A stretch of DNA of 63,538 nt, filler included, from Conidiobolus incongruus B7586 (Eukaryota): NCBI GenBank assembly GCA_000697335.1. It is 7 parts of 7 records of this genome, joined end to end, with 100 filler letters (N's around TTAATTAATTAA, not from the genome) between each part and the next. Parts side by side here need not be neighbours in the genome. Positions count along the whole stretch, not along the records: positions 10,000 to 17,983 come from JNEM01006330.1; positions 18,084 to 35,487 come from JNEM01006331.1; 5 more parts are not named here. One strand, written 5' to 3'. Shown here piece after piece: positions 11,811-25,229 of the stretch. Under the pieces are notes generated by a model that saw nothing but the letters and a program-made list of their open reading frames with translations, made no database searches and was not told the origin of the DNA. Both the position numbers and the translations under genes were made by a program. The stretch's first letter is position 1. Every line of letters begins with the position of its first letter.

Positions 11811-14800
11811 ATGCTTGCTTGTAACAACGACCCCATCAAAGTATACACTATCCAACTTGGACCTAATGGTGAACCTTGTCAAGCTGACAGTTTGATACGT
11901 CTACCACCCCCTACGGAACCCTACGGTGTGAGGTTTGTATTACGTAGTGGAACTCCAGCTTCGTATCAGCCAAAATTAAAGATCAATATTCCTGAGAAAG
12001 GGTAATTACATGATTAAATTAAAGATAATTTGAAATTAACTAGAGTTTAGGGAAGCTTTCGACCGTTTGAACTATCAACAAATCCCGTAATTATTATTAA
12101 AAATTTTTAAAAAAATAGTACTAACTTGGGTTTAGGTTTCGAACGGGACTCGGTGACGAAGTAATAGTGGATATTTCAATCCAAATTTCAGGAGTATTCA
12201 ACTACTCTGTCGAATATCCCCAAGACCCAAGAGTTGTTGATGGTACCAACCTTGAATCAAAGCCAGGTTACTTGATAGTGGATCCCATTCTAAAGCACAA
12301 GGATCAAGTGTTGAGTTTGGATGGCATTAATCTGATATCGGTAGTACCGAAATGGCTGGGACCTCTGAGCCGATGGGGGGATCAGTTGCGACAAATCGGG
12401 GAGTTAGGCTACAATATGATTCATTTCGTACCTCCCAATTTAAGGGGAAAATCGGATTCACCATATTCCATTCAAGATCAGTTGGCGCTTGCTCCAGATT
12501 TATTCGAGGGTAAGGACAAACAATTAGATGTTGATAAACAGTGGCAAATCCTAACAAAACTGTTGGAGAGTGCAAGAGCCCAATACGGATTTACGTACGT
12601 TGTGGATATTGTCTTAAATCATACTGCTCATACTACCCCATGGCTTCAGGAGCATCCAGAATCTGGCTACAATTTGGAGAATTCACCCCATTTAGTGCCA
12701 GCAGAAGAACTGGATTGGGTGTTAGTAGAATTGACCAAGAAACTCGAGGACTTGGGTCTACCTACAGACTTATGTGAGGAAGATGATTTAAACAAAATTA
12801 TGAATTATGTTAAAGATACGTTGATACCAAATCTCAAATTGTATGAATATTATGCTATTGACTCGGAAGACGCTTTAGTACAATTCCAAAATGAGCTGAA
12901 AGTCTTTAAAGTTGACGATTCTCTCAAAAATTCCGAAAGTTTGAATGCTATTCATACCAATATGTCCATTGAACAACTAAGTGATTTACTACTGCCAAAG
13001 GTTGTCAAAGGTCCTTTCGGTTCTAGGTACGGTCGCAAACTCAACAATTCTTTGATCCTTAACGCCCTCGCCATTTGGAAATCTTCAGACTGGATTAAAG
13101 CCACCGACGAAGTAGTCAACGCTTTCCAAAAGATTCTAGATATTGTCAATTTGAATTTATATAAAGATTACGACAAAGATGTCTTAACCATTATCCGAAA
13201 TTTGACGAATACTCTCAAATACGAAAGATTGGACAGTCATGGTCCCAAGAAAGGAAAAATCACGGTTGAGAATCCATTATGGCACACATATTTCACAAGG
13301 CTGCCAAAGACTGAAAAGACTAAGAAATTCAGTAAGGGAGCTCTGAGCTTGGCAAACAACGGGTGGGTTTGGGCTGCAGACCCCCAAAAGAGTTTTATCG
13401 ATCCTGATAGCAGAGCATACTTGACTCGTGACGTGATAGTTTGGAGCGATTGTGTCAAGTTGCGATACGGTGTCAAGAAGGAGGACAATCCGTGGCTCTG
13501 GGACCATATGAAGCAATATACGCAATTGTTGGCAAAGCACTTCCATGGATTTAGAATCGATAATTGTCACTCAACACCAATTCCAGTTGCGGAATACTAT
13601 ATGGACGCTGCTAGACAGATCAATCCCGATCTGTATGTGGTTGCTGAATTGTTTACAGGGTCTGAAGACCACGATCGTTACTACATGAGTCGTTTGGGTA
13701 TCAATTCCCTCATTAGAGAAGCAATGCAAGCTCAAGATCCCCATGAACTCAGTCGATTGATCCACATGTATGGCGGCAATCCCATCGGGTCGTTGAATGA
13801 GGAATGGCGCATTAAGCACGATTTTTTCAACCCCAATGGCGACGGCGGTAGTGCATTGCCTTGTAGTTTAATCCCTGTTAAGGGTAGGACCCCTCACGCC
13901 CTGTTCTTCGACTGTACTCACGATAACGAAACGCCACACCAAAAAAGAAACGTTATCGACAGTCTGCCCAACGCTGCACTCGTCACAATGACGTACAGTT
14001 CGGTGGGCAGTGTGATGGGTTACGACTACTGCTATCCCAAACTACTTCATTTGGTGGAAGAGTCGCGATACTACCAAATCCCGAAAAATCCATTAGATAT
14101 AGGGTTAGGTCAAGCTAAAAAGTTGCTCAACAACCTTCATTTCAAATTGTGCGTAGAAGGATACAATGAACTCCACGTACATCATGAAACCAATTACGTT
14201 ATGGTCCATCGCCAGCATCCCGAGAATCACGATGGTTATTTATTGATTGCTAATACAAAATTCCCAGGTAGTGACCCTAACGCAAGACTTCAGCCAGTCA
14301 AATTGAGGAAGAATTCGGTTGAAATGGTATGTGCTTATCAATTAATTGCAGACGAGGACTCCATTAAGAATTTTGATTTTAATACCAAAGAAATTAAAGG
14401 ACTTCCTGTAAGTTTGAGAGAATTGAAATTGCCCAATTTTGAAACCAAGTCGGATCATTTGGGTCCTTACGTCGAAATTGATTTAAGTGTCGAACAGTTC
14501 CCCCAGGGCAGTATTATAGTACTTAAGACTAAATTGGATAATGTAGATATTCAGTTGGTAAACAAAATCGGCAAAAATGCAGCCAATGCCGTCAAGGATT
14601 TAGACCAATTAGCTCTCAACTTTTTACTCTACAGAATCGATGGCGAGGAGCGCGATTTACTGGGTCATGATCGAGGCGCTTATCACATACCAAATTTTGG
14701 AAATTTAACATACTGTGGTCTCCAAGGTATTATCTCTGTCTTAAAACCAATTATGGACAACAACGACCTTGGCCACCCATTATGTGACAATTTACGTCAG

Positions 14801-16558
14801 GGAACTTGGCTGTTGGATTACTGTGTCGATCGTCTTAAACTGTATATGAAATACTCATCAAACCTCAAGTTTACAATTGATTGGTTAGATGATCAATTCC
14901 AATTGGTGAAACAATTCCCTAACTTTTTAATTCCTAAATATTTTAGTCTTGTAGTATTTAGTTTGTATAATGCAGCTATAGAACGAGCTTGGTCCCAAAT
15001 GAGTGAATTTGTCCAACAGGGAGATACGTTCATCAAGTATGCATCTCTAGTCAGCATTCAATTGACTGGATTAATCAATTCCGCATCGTTACATCCAACT
15101 AAGCTCATTCCGGGATTGGCTGCTGGACTTCCTCATTTCTCAAACCAGTACATGAGATGTTGGGGTCGCGACACCTTCATTTCACTACGTGGTCTATTCC
15201 TAACAACGGGTAACTTTCAAGCCGCTAAGGATCATTTGGTCGCATTTGCTGGCTCGTTGAAGCATGGGCTGATTCCCAACCTTCTCGATAGTGTAAGATT
15301 GCCCAGATACAATAGTAGAGATTCCGTGTGGTGGTACCTGCAGTCCGTTCAGGATTATTGCACATTGGCTCCGGAAAGTCTGGAATTCCTAAAAACCAAA
15401 ATTCCTCTAAGATTCCCGTTAACTGATGAATTTGTGGAATTTAACGATCCTAGAGCCTACTCCCAAGAAATCACATTGGCAGAAGTTATCCAGACTATAA
15501 TGGATCGCCACTTTGAGGGCATTGAGTTCCGAGAGTGGAATGCGGGACCCCAACTCGATAGTCATATGTCAGACGAAGGATTCAACATCAAGATTAAATT
15601 TGATCCCGATACCGGATTCCTATTTGGCGGCAATACCAAGAATTGTGGAACTTGGATGGACAAGATGGGTGAAAGTGTCAAAGCAGGTACGATGGGAGTC
15701 CCCGCGTCGCCTAGGGATGGCGCCCCAGTTGAAATTATTGGGATGTTGAAATCTACCGTGAGATGGTTGTCACAAATCGGTGGGACCGAGTATTTCAAGT
15801 ACGTAGGTGTGACCAATTCCAAGAGTGCCAAGCTCACATACTTGGAGTGGGATCAAATGCTTCAAAATAATTTTGAAAAGTATTTCTACATACCTGAAAA
15901 TGAAGAAGATTACGACCAGTTCAAGATCGACAGGAACTTGGTGCATCGTAAGGGGATTTACAAAGACGTGGTGGGGTCGGAACACAAGTTCACAGACTAC
16001 CAATTAAGACCCAATTTCCTTGTGGCGATGACAGTAGCTCCGGAATTGTTCACACCATCACGTGCACTTGGTGCTATCGACGTTGCGGAGAAGGTGTTAG
16101 TCGGTCCCAAAGGTATGAAGACACTCGATCCTAACGATTCCAACTATAGGGGCAACTACGACAATTCCAACGACTCGGACGATCGCTATATCGCCAAGGG
16201 CTTCAACTACCATCAAGGTCCGGAGTGGGGTTGGTGCCTTGGGTACTACCTCATGGCATCCTACCTCTTCCGAAGTCATTATGGCTCCCCCACCTACACC
16301 CAGCCCCTTTTAGTGCACGACACCCAGCTCAAATTACTTGGATTCCGTGACGAACTTTTGAATTCCCCATTCGCTGGAATTCCTGAACTCACCAACCAAA
16401 ATGGAGCATTCTGTAAAGATTCTTGTGCAACTCAAGCTTGGTCCGCTGCCACCGCTCTTGATGCTTTGTTTAGGATTTGGTCCCACACAAAACATTTGAA
16501 GAGTACTGATTCGAGTCCGACTAAGGGAAAGAAGAAAGGGAAAGGATTGAAGAAATAG
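11811..16558 (+). CDS. GDB1: Glycogen debranching enzyme (4-alpha-glucanotransferase/amylo-1,6-glucosidase), 3 exons (~11811-12001, 12051-12086, 12136-16558)
   Basis: Motifs GYNMIHF, DIVLNHTA, WSDCVKLRYG, GFRIDNCHSTP, AELFTGSE, DCTHDNE, RCWGRDTFI, GTWMDKMGES, DYQLRPNF and NYHQGPEW. Confidence 0.97.
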
Positions 16559-17324
16559 TTAAAATTTTATTAAATATTATTATTATTATATATTCTAATT
16601 TATTAATAATCATTACCTTGAGTCTTCTAACAATTTTCACCAACTTTCTTTTGAATTATGGTTTTAAATACTCAATTTTCAAATTACAATTTTATTTAAT
16701 TTAAAAACAATTTTTTTATTAAAATTTTATATCTTTATTAGATCAAGGTTATTATATATATATATATATATATATATAGGTTTAGATTAAAATACAAGGA
16801 AGAGTTAAATTTGATTAATTTTTTGTATTTATCCATGTTATTTTTCATTTAGATAAAGTTTAATGCTGCAAAACTTGATATAATTAATTACAAATTATAT
16901 CTTATTTTTATTTTTAACATTATTTAAATTTTGTTGAATTCCTTTGATATAAATATATTTATTTTTACTTAGTTATAATTATTTCTAGTTTTATCCAATT
17001 GATATAAAATGAGGAAATTTATTTCAACTAATATTAAAATCTAAATTAATATAAATAATAAATAATGTGATAATTTAAAATTGACAAAATGTATCCATTT
17101 GGTAAAATAAATGTTTAAATTATAATATATAGTTAGATATATTAAATTGGATCAAAAACTTTCTATCATTTTAAAGTATATTAATTTATTACTAATATAA
17201 ATAATAATATTGAATAAGACAAAGATTTTTGATACATCGAATAGAAAATAGATTATTCATGTCAATAAAATTTAATATTATAAATTGCATTATTTAATAT
17301 GATCCAAAAACTTTTAAAAATATA

Positions 17325-17983
17325 TTAGTATAGAAATTAAATAATAGCATAATTGTAAAATCAAAATTAAATAAAAATTTTAATATGATTTATAAAATAT
17401 ATTACAAAATATAAAGTTAATACTCACTTCTATTTTTGATTATTTTTTGCAATACTTTTGGCAAACTTCAAACACTTGAAAAATAATTTTTTTATTAAAG
17501 ACTGAAATTAATATTTTATGAACTAATTTAATTTATTTGCAAGAATGTTTTTCCTGCAAGTATATTTTTTAATTACCTAAAACAATTATAATCACATGGA
17601 TTATAGTCAGGTGAATATACTAGATATGGTAGTTCTTTCCAGTTTTTTATATAGAATATTTTTTATAAGTTTAACTTTATATATTTTATAATTATCTTGC
17701 AAAATAATAGATATTTTTAATTTATATTAAAAACACCATTTAGAAATTATTTTATTTAATAAATATTATAAAATCTACTATTTACTGTTTTTGTTTTAAA
17801 AAATTAAATAAAAAACTATATATTATTATAATATTTTATAATAATTAATATTTTCTTATTAATAAAATATTTTTTCACTATAATTTATAAACAAGATTAT
17901 TTTAATTCAATTTAATATTTTGTTTTAATATAGGTTAATAATTAAATAAAAAGATCTAAAATCTATCAATTATTATAATTTAT
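17325..17983 (-). mobile_element. Degenerate mariner transposon, 3' half with right TIR
   Basis: The minus strand reads NWKELPYLVYSPDYNPCDYNCFR*LKNILAGK and is colinear with 35100-35487. Terminus TA|TTAGTATAGAAATTAAATAATAGCATAATT. Confidence 0.8.
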
Positions 17984-20900
17984 NNNNNNNNNNNNNNNNN
18001 NNNNNNNNNNNNNNNNNNNNNNNNNNNTTAATTAATTAANNNNNNNNNNNNNNNNNNNNNNNNNNNNNNNNNNNNNNNNNNNNTAATTAAACTTTGAATA
18101 TTAGATTATTTTAATAAAAATGTCTTTTTAATTCATTAAATATTATATTTTAATCTTAAATTTTATTTAATATTCTTTTTAAATAATTTCAAAATTTCAT
18201 AATAAGTATTATATTTAATGAAAAATATTTTATTAAATTTAATTATATAAAGATCTGAGATATTTTTCTTTTTAACTTAATACTACAAATAATAAAAAGT
18301 TTTTAATAAATTTATTTTAAACCAAAAGCAAATGCTATTTATTAATCATAATATATATATTAATAATATTTATATTATTAATAATAGATATGATCTATAT
18401 ATTTAGTATTTAGATATTTTATTATTTATTAATAATAATATCAAATTATATTTCAAAAACTAATTTTATTAAAATTTAAATTATTTTTAAAATAATTACA
18501 ATAGAATTAATATATAAAAATTTTATTGTTATTAATTGAATTGATTAATAATAAATAACAATTATATATGAATGTATAAACTTGTTCTTATTTTAATCAA
18601 GTTAAACCATCAGATTTTAGTTAGTATTTTTGATATTCAAAGGATGTAAATCAAGAATAATTAAGAGTAATATTAATAAAGAGATTAATATTTTATTAAA
18701 TAAAATTATTTTAATGAAAATATTAAAATTGATTAAAACTTTTTTAACACCTTATTAGAAATGGATACTGTGCTTCAATCGATATTATATTTTTTATATA
18801 TATTAGAGCTATATAGCACAATATTAACTCAACTTCTAATAAAAAAATCAATGATATTGATTTATTATTGCATTTAAATTCTAATTATAATCCATATACC
18901 ATTCAAAGCCATATGATTTTATGTTTTGTGTATATTGTATAGGTGTTGTGTTTTTTAATATGTTTTTTTTCAATAAAGACGGTTGTTAGAAAAGTACTAG
19001 TAATACGATTTAGTAAATTATTTATTAATCTTATTTTCTTAAATCTTACTTACTGGTGAGATGTCGTAGCATAATACCCAGAAAAATTAGAATCCCTTTC
19101 TATCCTTATCACTTCTGGCTTAAAATAATTTATTCAGTGAGTGATATATAATTTGGATAAATTCTAATAAAAGGAAGTATCGAACATCATTTGATTATGG
19201 ACTAAAAAATTCACTATAAATAGGAAGTAATATGGACTAAACTACCGAATCGAGACAGACAGGTGTTTTTGAAATATATCAATAGGGAAATATTGAATTG
19301 AAAAATATTTTTGCATAGTGATAATATTTTAAAATTGAATTGATTAACCAAAAAATATAATTCACTTTTAATACATAATCAATACAAGAGTTATATAGGA
19401 TTTACTCAAAAATATTAAACTTCATTGGGCAAAATCAGATATTTTTGAATAAAGTTAGAATAATTCACAAAGTCAAGTATATTCTGACATGTGTTTCATT
19501 TGTGCTTGCAGTTGATAAATCCCTCTCACTCCCTGATGTGTTCATGTCATTTTTTATATTCTTTGGATAGAGTACAATACTTTTAAAAAATATATACTCA
19601 AATTATATATATTTTGAAATAGTTATAAAAAATATGAAAATAATGACAATTGAGAGGCAGAATTCATATTAATATTGGTGAAATCAAAATTATATAAAAC
19701 AATTACAATTAAATTACTTGAAAATATTCAAAGCAAGAAAACTGTGTCAATTGTTTTGTAAAAAAGTACCAATTAAACTTTTTAATTTTAATCGAATTAT
19801 TGGTTTAAAGAATCAGTATCTCTGGATTTCATTACAACTGGATATTCTTCAAATTTGGTAAGTGTTTAGCGATAAAAAAACTCTACATTATCATTTTCAT
19901 TGTCTTATTGAGTTCAACTCTTCTTTCACATCAAAATTTCTATTATATAGTCACAAATTTAAATGAGTTTAAACCAAGGTATATTTTATTACAGCAATAA
20001 GATGGAATGATACTTTAATTATAAAAATTAAATCAATTTGAAGATACTATAAAAATAGTATTAATGGTCAATTATGTAATAAAAATGAATAATTTTCATT
20101 TTCAAATTACTTATAATTAATTAGAAAAAAATTAAAATTTTTTAATTATATATTTCATATTTATATTTAATTTTGGAATGATATATTAATTACAGTTGAT
20201 AAATTATTATAATTCTTAAAATAATATATAATTTATATGATCTAATCTGGATTATTCAATTTTTTCAATGAAATATTGATTAATAAATAAATTAGCTTCA
20301 ATTAAAACTCATTATTGAATAAAGTTATATACACAAAAGCATATTTTAATTATTGTACTATTATCAAAATTTAAATATTTTGAATTATCCTTATATTCAA
20401 GAATAAGATAGCATTAAATAAAGAAACATTTATGTATTGATAAGTCGATATTTGTTCTATATGATTTTTTAAAAATATATTAAATAATATATTACTTCAA
20501 GGGTTAATTCTAATTATTAATATCAAATTATTCCAAATTATACTCTATTTAATATAATTTCAAGTGCATTATTCTTACTTACCTAATTCAGATTAGCAAA
20601 TGAAATTATATGAATTTTAATATGAATGATCTGTTAAATATTTGAATATCAACTTACTCTTCTAAATATAAATCTAATTTTATCATTTGTTAGATGATGT
20701 TCAAAATCAATGATATTTTAAAATATTATATGAGTTCTAAAAAATAGACATTATCCCTTATTATATACTTTAATTGAAAATTTATAACTGTAATAATAAA
20801 TGTATTTTTGATAATGAATACATGATTAAACAACATACAAATAAAAATTAAATTCAAATTTATCAAACATTCAAAGTAATAAATAGATCAATTTATTCCT

Positions 20901-21370
20901 TATTGAATTTTTCCTATTCTTTAAGAATTTTATCTAATTTGGTAATATATTTTAAATAACATGATTGAAACATATAATCTTTATTAATGCGAAAATTTAA
21001 AAATGTTTCTGAATTAATCAAAAAAAATCTTAGATGATTGATCGATGCATGATGTACTATAAAATTAGTATAATTTTTCTTTATGATAATCGTGAATGCT
21101 AATCAAAATAAGAACATACTATGATTAGTAATGAATTTATTATTAACTATTATCTATTATCCCATAATTACAATTATTTTATATAAATACATTAATCTCA
21201 TGTTCATGATGGATTGGGGGAAGATTATAATTTTAGCCACCTTATTTAAATTTGAAATTGACTTAATTGGTCAAAAGCGGACAAATTATTTGAATTATAC
21301 TTTATCAAATGAAAAAAAACATTTAAATATAAAAAGGTTATTTAATCGTTTTAATCACCTTATTTTTGTA

Positions 21371-22822
21371 ATGTTTTCAATATTTCGAAAGGATCAGCCC
21401 AATAGGACACACAGTGCAATAGCTTGTAATAGATGTCGAGCTGATAAGAAGAAATGTGATAAAAAATTACCAGAATGTACTCGATGTTCAAATTATAATT
21501 ACAAATGCGAAAAGTATCAAAGAAAGTTTAAAAGTACTAAAAATTTAAAGCATATAATTAAAGATGATGATACATCCAGTAAGTCAAAGTGGTATATATA
21601 AATTATATTTATTTCAAATATTGAATTTATTATGTTAGTAAAAAATCAGTTATATCAGAAAAAATACAATTCTAGATCTCCTCTAATATATCCAAATGGA
21701 CGGTATCTTTCCCCCTACCCTCGACCGGGAAACCAACTACAATTCTCACAAATAATGTCATTATTCTCGCTTAGTGTGGATATGATAACTAAAAAACCAA
21801 ACAACCCAAACTCTAGTATATTTTCCGATTCAATTGATCATACTTTGAATTCAACATTCTGGTCCGATTTATTAAGAATATATTTTGAAGATTTTCATCC
21901 TGTTCACCCAATATTTAGTTTAAATAATTTTAATATTAACAAATGCTGGCTCCGAGCCAATTGTATTTTTTTGATGGCATATGAAACATATAACCATCGC
22001 ACATTGACAACCGATTGGAAAATGTCACAATTGGAGAATATTACTTCCAAATTCCTTCAAAAAGCAAGTCCAAAAATCAATGTTGTTCAATGCTATTTAA
22101 TCCTTTGTATTATGTATTTGCTTAGGGGAAATAATCGACTGAAAACTATATGTCTATATCGCGCAATTAGAATTTCTAATTTGATAGGACTAACTAAACG
22201 ATGTAATCAGCTCTCGGTTCGAGATCGTTATGAGAGATATTTGGCATTTACGCATATCATACTACTTCATTGGGCGGCCTTCGATTTCGCCAAAATGGAG
22301 GGAATTATTCATCAAGTAACACACTTTGTACCGAAATTCTCATGGCATTTTCAATTGATAAACCCTTCAAAATTTACCTATGGTGATTATATTATTGCTA
22401 ATAGTATCAATATCACAGCAAGTTATCTTTACTTGACTTATATAGAAGTAGCTCATCCATTTGCTGTCCAGGCTATTACGGATAAAATGGACGTTGATAA
22501 ATTGCTAGCATTTGAACGGAAATTGGATAATATTTATTTGTATCATATAGATCAATTGAAACCAAGTTATTTAAAATATTGTCAACAAGAAATAACTATC
22601 CATTACTATATAATTAAAAACCAACTGATCTCATTTATATTAAACCGATTAATGGACTCTCACAGCCAAAGCCGTTGGATTCAGTTGCATTTAGACATTC
22701 TACAATTTTGCAAACAATTAGATTATAAAAAAGAATGGATTAAATTATTTAAAGCGTTACTATGTTTAAACTCCTCATTAAAATTAAAATCAGAATCTAA
22801 TTCAGAAGAATTTCAAATTTAA
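21371..22822 (+). CDS. Zn(II)2Cys6 fungal transcription factor with middle homology region, 2 exons (intron ~21579-21638)
   Basis: ACNRCRADKKKCDKKLPECTRCSNYNYKC, followed by LLRIYFEDFHPVHPIF and AIRISNLIGL (Fungal_trans-like). Confidence 0.9.
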
Positions 22823-24189
22823 ATCAAGTTATATTTTTTGCTTGTCAAGTTATTGAATCTTGTCCTAATTATAAAAATTTAATAGATTGGAAGATAATAT
22901 ATTAATAAATTAGTAAAATTATATTATATTTATTATTATTAAACCTTTTTTTAAAGAATAATATTGATAAATCTTTTATTTTTTGAAATATAACTATATT
23001 GAGTAACATACTAAAATAATTAATAGTAATGAAATTTATTTAATTAAATTTGTCATTTAATTGATAAAAAATTTATAGGATAAAATATTAAATTCTTATT
23101 ATAATTTTTACTAGTAATTCAAATTATAATTAAAGGTTTAAAAATTAATATCAATTAAACTAATTTATTACTTTAACAATATATTGAATAATGATCATTT
23201 TTATTATATAAAATTATATTGACTTTTAAATATAATAGTTGCTAATCTTCATAAATACAATATACTTATTAACTTGACCCATTATTTCCTCTTTTATTCA
23301 AATAACAAGGGATTTAATTTTGAACTACTTAAGCTAATATTTATAATTTGAAATAATAAGATATTAAAATATTAATTAAAAATATCTAATTGATTTGTCT
23401 AATTATTATCAAATATACTGAAAATATAATAAAATTAAATAAATTCAATAAATTATATACCATATAGATCTTTTGAATTATAAAATATTATATTTTTTTG
23501 AAGAAAAAAGGATTCTTTAATTATAAAAGGTTATATTTTTAACCTGATTTTGTAATAATTTTAATACATTAAATATTAATTATAATATTGGAAGATAGAA
23601 GTACAAATACTCAATAATGAATATGATGTAGATTGATTGTAATATGTGATTAGTATACCATCCGATAATCATTAAATTTTGAAGTATTTATATATATATA
23701 TATAAATTTATATAATGTTAAGAAATATTAATTAATGCTCAAACTCTAACAAAATAAATGAAATTCTTGATACAGATAGAATGTTTTAATTTGGAGAGTA
23801 CACTTCAAGAATGTGTATGAAATAAAAAATAATATCTTAAAATTAACCTCATTAAAATTTTGGTGGACATAAATGATTATACTGAAAATCCAATGATTCT
23901 ACACAATTACTTTAAATCAATAACTAAAGTGTGAGTTGATTGGTATAGGCACTAGTAACCAGTGAAATCTTTTAATTTATTTTATGAGATTAATTTGAAT
24001 ATAATTTTTTAAATTTATAGTAATGTTTTGTATAACAATAAAATTACTAGTATTAATAAATTTAAATAACTAAAATTTTGGAAATATTAGTTTGTCAATT
24101 TTAAATTGAAAATTTGAAAAAGTAAGAAAAAATATGGTATGATGACAAGTGATCTGACATTATCTAAATCTGGAAAAAAGATTGACCTA

Positions 24190-24261
24190 CTCCGATACAG
24201 GGAATCGAACCCTGGCCGTCTCGGTGAAAGCGAGAAATCCTAACCACTGGACCATATCGGA
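24190..24261 (-). tRNA. tRNA-Glu (anticodon TTC)
   Basis: TCCGATA/TATCGGA acceptor stem, TCTCG-CTTTCAC-CGAGA anticodon arm, GGTTCGATTCC T arm and a T6 Pol III terminator ~11 nt downstream. Confidence 0.96.
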
Positions 24262-24271
24262 CTAGGAAAAA

Positions 24272-24803
24272 TTCGACAATTACTACCTGATTGACACCTT
24301 TTTTCACTCCAATTACTTCCCAGTTCCTGATTAACCAAGTTAGGCCTTATTAGCTTTTTCCTGGTTCACGTCCGAGTGACTTCACTGTTGCTCAATTGTT
24401 ACATACTAATGCCTGTATATTTCACTTATAAGAAGTGCTGGTTTCCTCCTTTTTGATTTCTGTCTTTCTTTACCTTTCTCCTTTTTTACACAAATAAATC
24501 TTTTGCCTATTTCCAAGGCCTTACCTTTAGTATATTCAAGCAGTTGCCTATAGTCCACTTGAGTCATCTTCCATTATTCATTCTTCATTTGTTCCTATTC
24601 ATATTTTGTGATTCCATATTTTTAACATGTCGGATCCTAAGGCCACAACTGTTGCTGTTGGTCTAGTCGCTCTTTACAATTCCCTATTTACAAGTGATCA
24701 TTGGTATTTTACCCCAGCTTGTAAGTGCCATGCTTCAAAATCTGCCTACAGAATGGCTGTGTCAATGTCCTCAATGACGCTCCAAGCGCTAATAGCCGTG
24801 ATA
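24272..24803 (+). mobile_element. Solo LTR (family T), 10 bp upstream of tRNA-Glu
   Basis: Colinear with the reverse complement of 53050-53607 along its whole length. TATAAG at 24427, a pyrimidine tract, AATAAA at 24493, end CCGTGATA (GTGACA in the other copy). Flanks are AAAAA/AAAGA. Confidence 0.8.
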
Positions 24804-25229
24804 AAAGACTAACATTATCGTTTAATCATGAAAAATACTATTCATTTCAACTTTAATCCATATTAACTAACAAATACAAACTTCTTAATTTCGAAATTAT
24901 TTTAAACTATTTTGAATTGTACTATTAACATTCAATTACAGCCAAATTCAAGTTTTAATTGTTCATTCAAATTTATTACTGTTTAATCAATTTGTTTTAG
25001 ATGCTAAAATTTGTTTACATTATTTCGTTAAATATTTAAATTAACAAATAAATAATGTAAAGAATTATAGACAAATTTTAACTGTGTATTGTTATTTTTA
25101 AAATTACATATATTATTGTTATTATTATTATAAAAGATGGAGAGATGAATATATTAAAATACTGATTTTATAGTGATGGAATATTTATATTTTGGTCGGA
25201 TTCATTGATTATTACAGGGAAGGTGAGAG

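Noticed and set aside
12327..16279. Many short alternative-frame and antisense ORFs inside GDB1 (likewise inside EMW1, NOC3, the C2H2 gene and the KEP)
   Set aside because: They are shadow ORFs of GC-richer coding sequence with no recognisable motifs.
18960..19560. Slightly GC-richer patches that might be decayed genes (also 42940-43140 and 44230-44510)
   Set aside because: The frames examined are interrupted and no protein motif was recognised.
21131..21370. N-terminal extension of the Zn2Cys6 ORF in the ORF track
   Set aside because: It is low-complexity AT-rich sequence containing the promoter-like motif, and the ATG at 21371 puts the zinc cluster at the usual N-terminal position.
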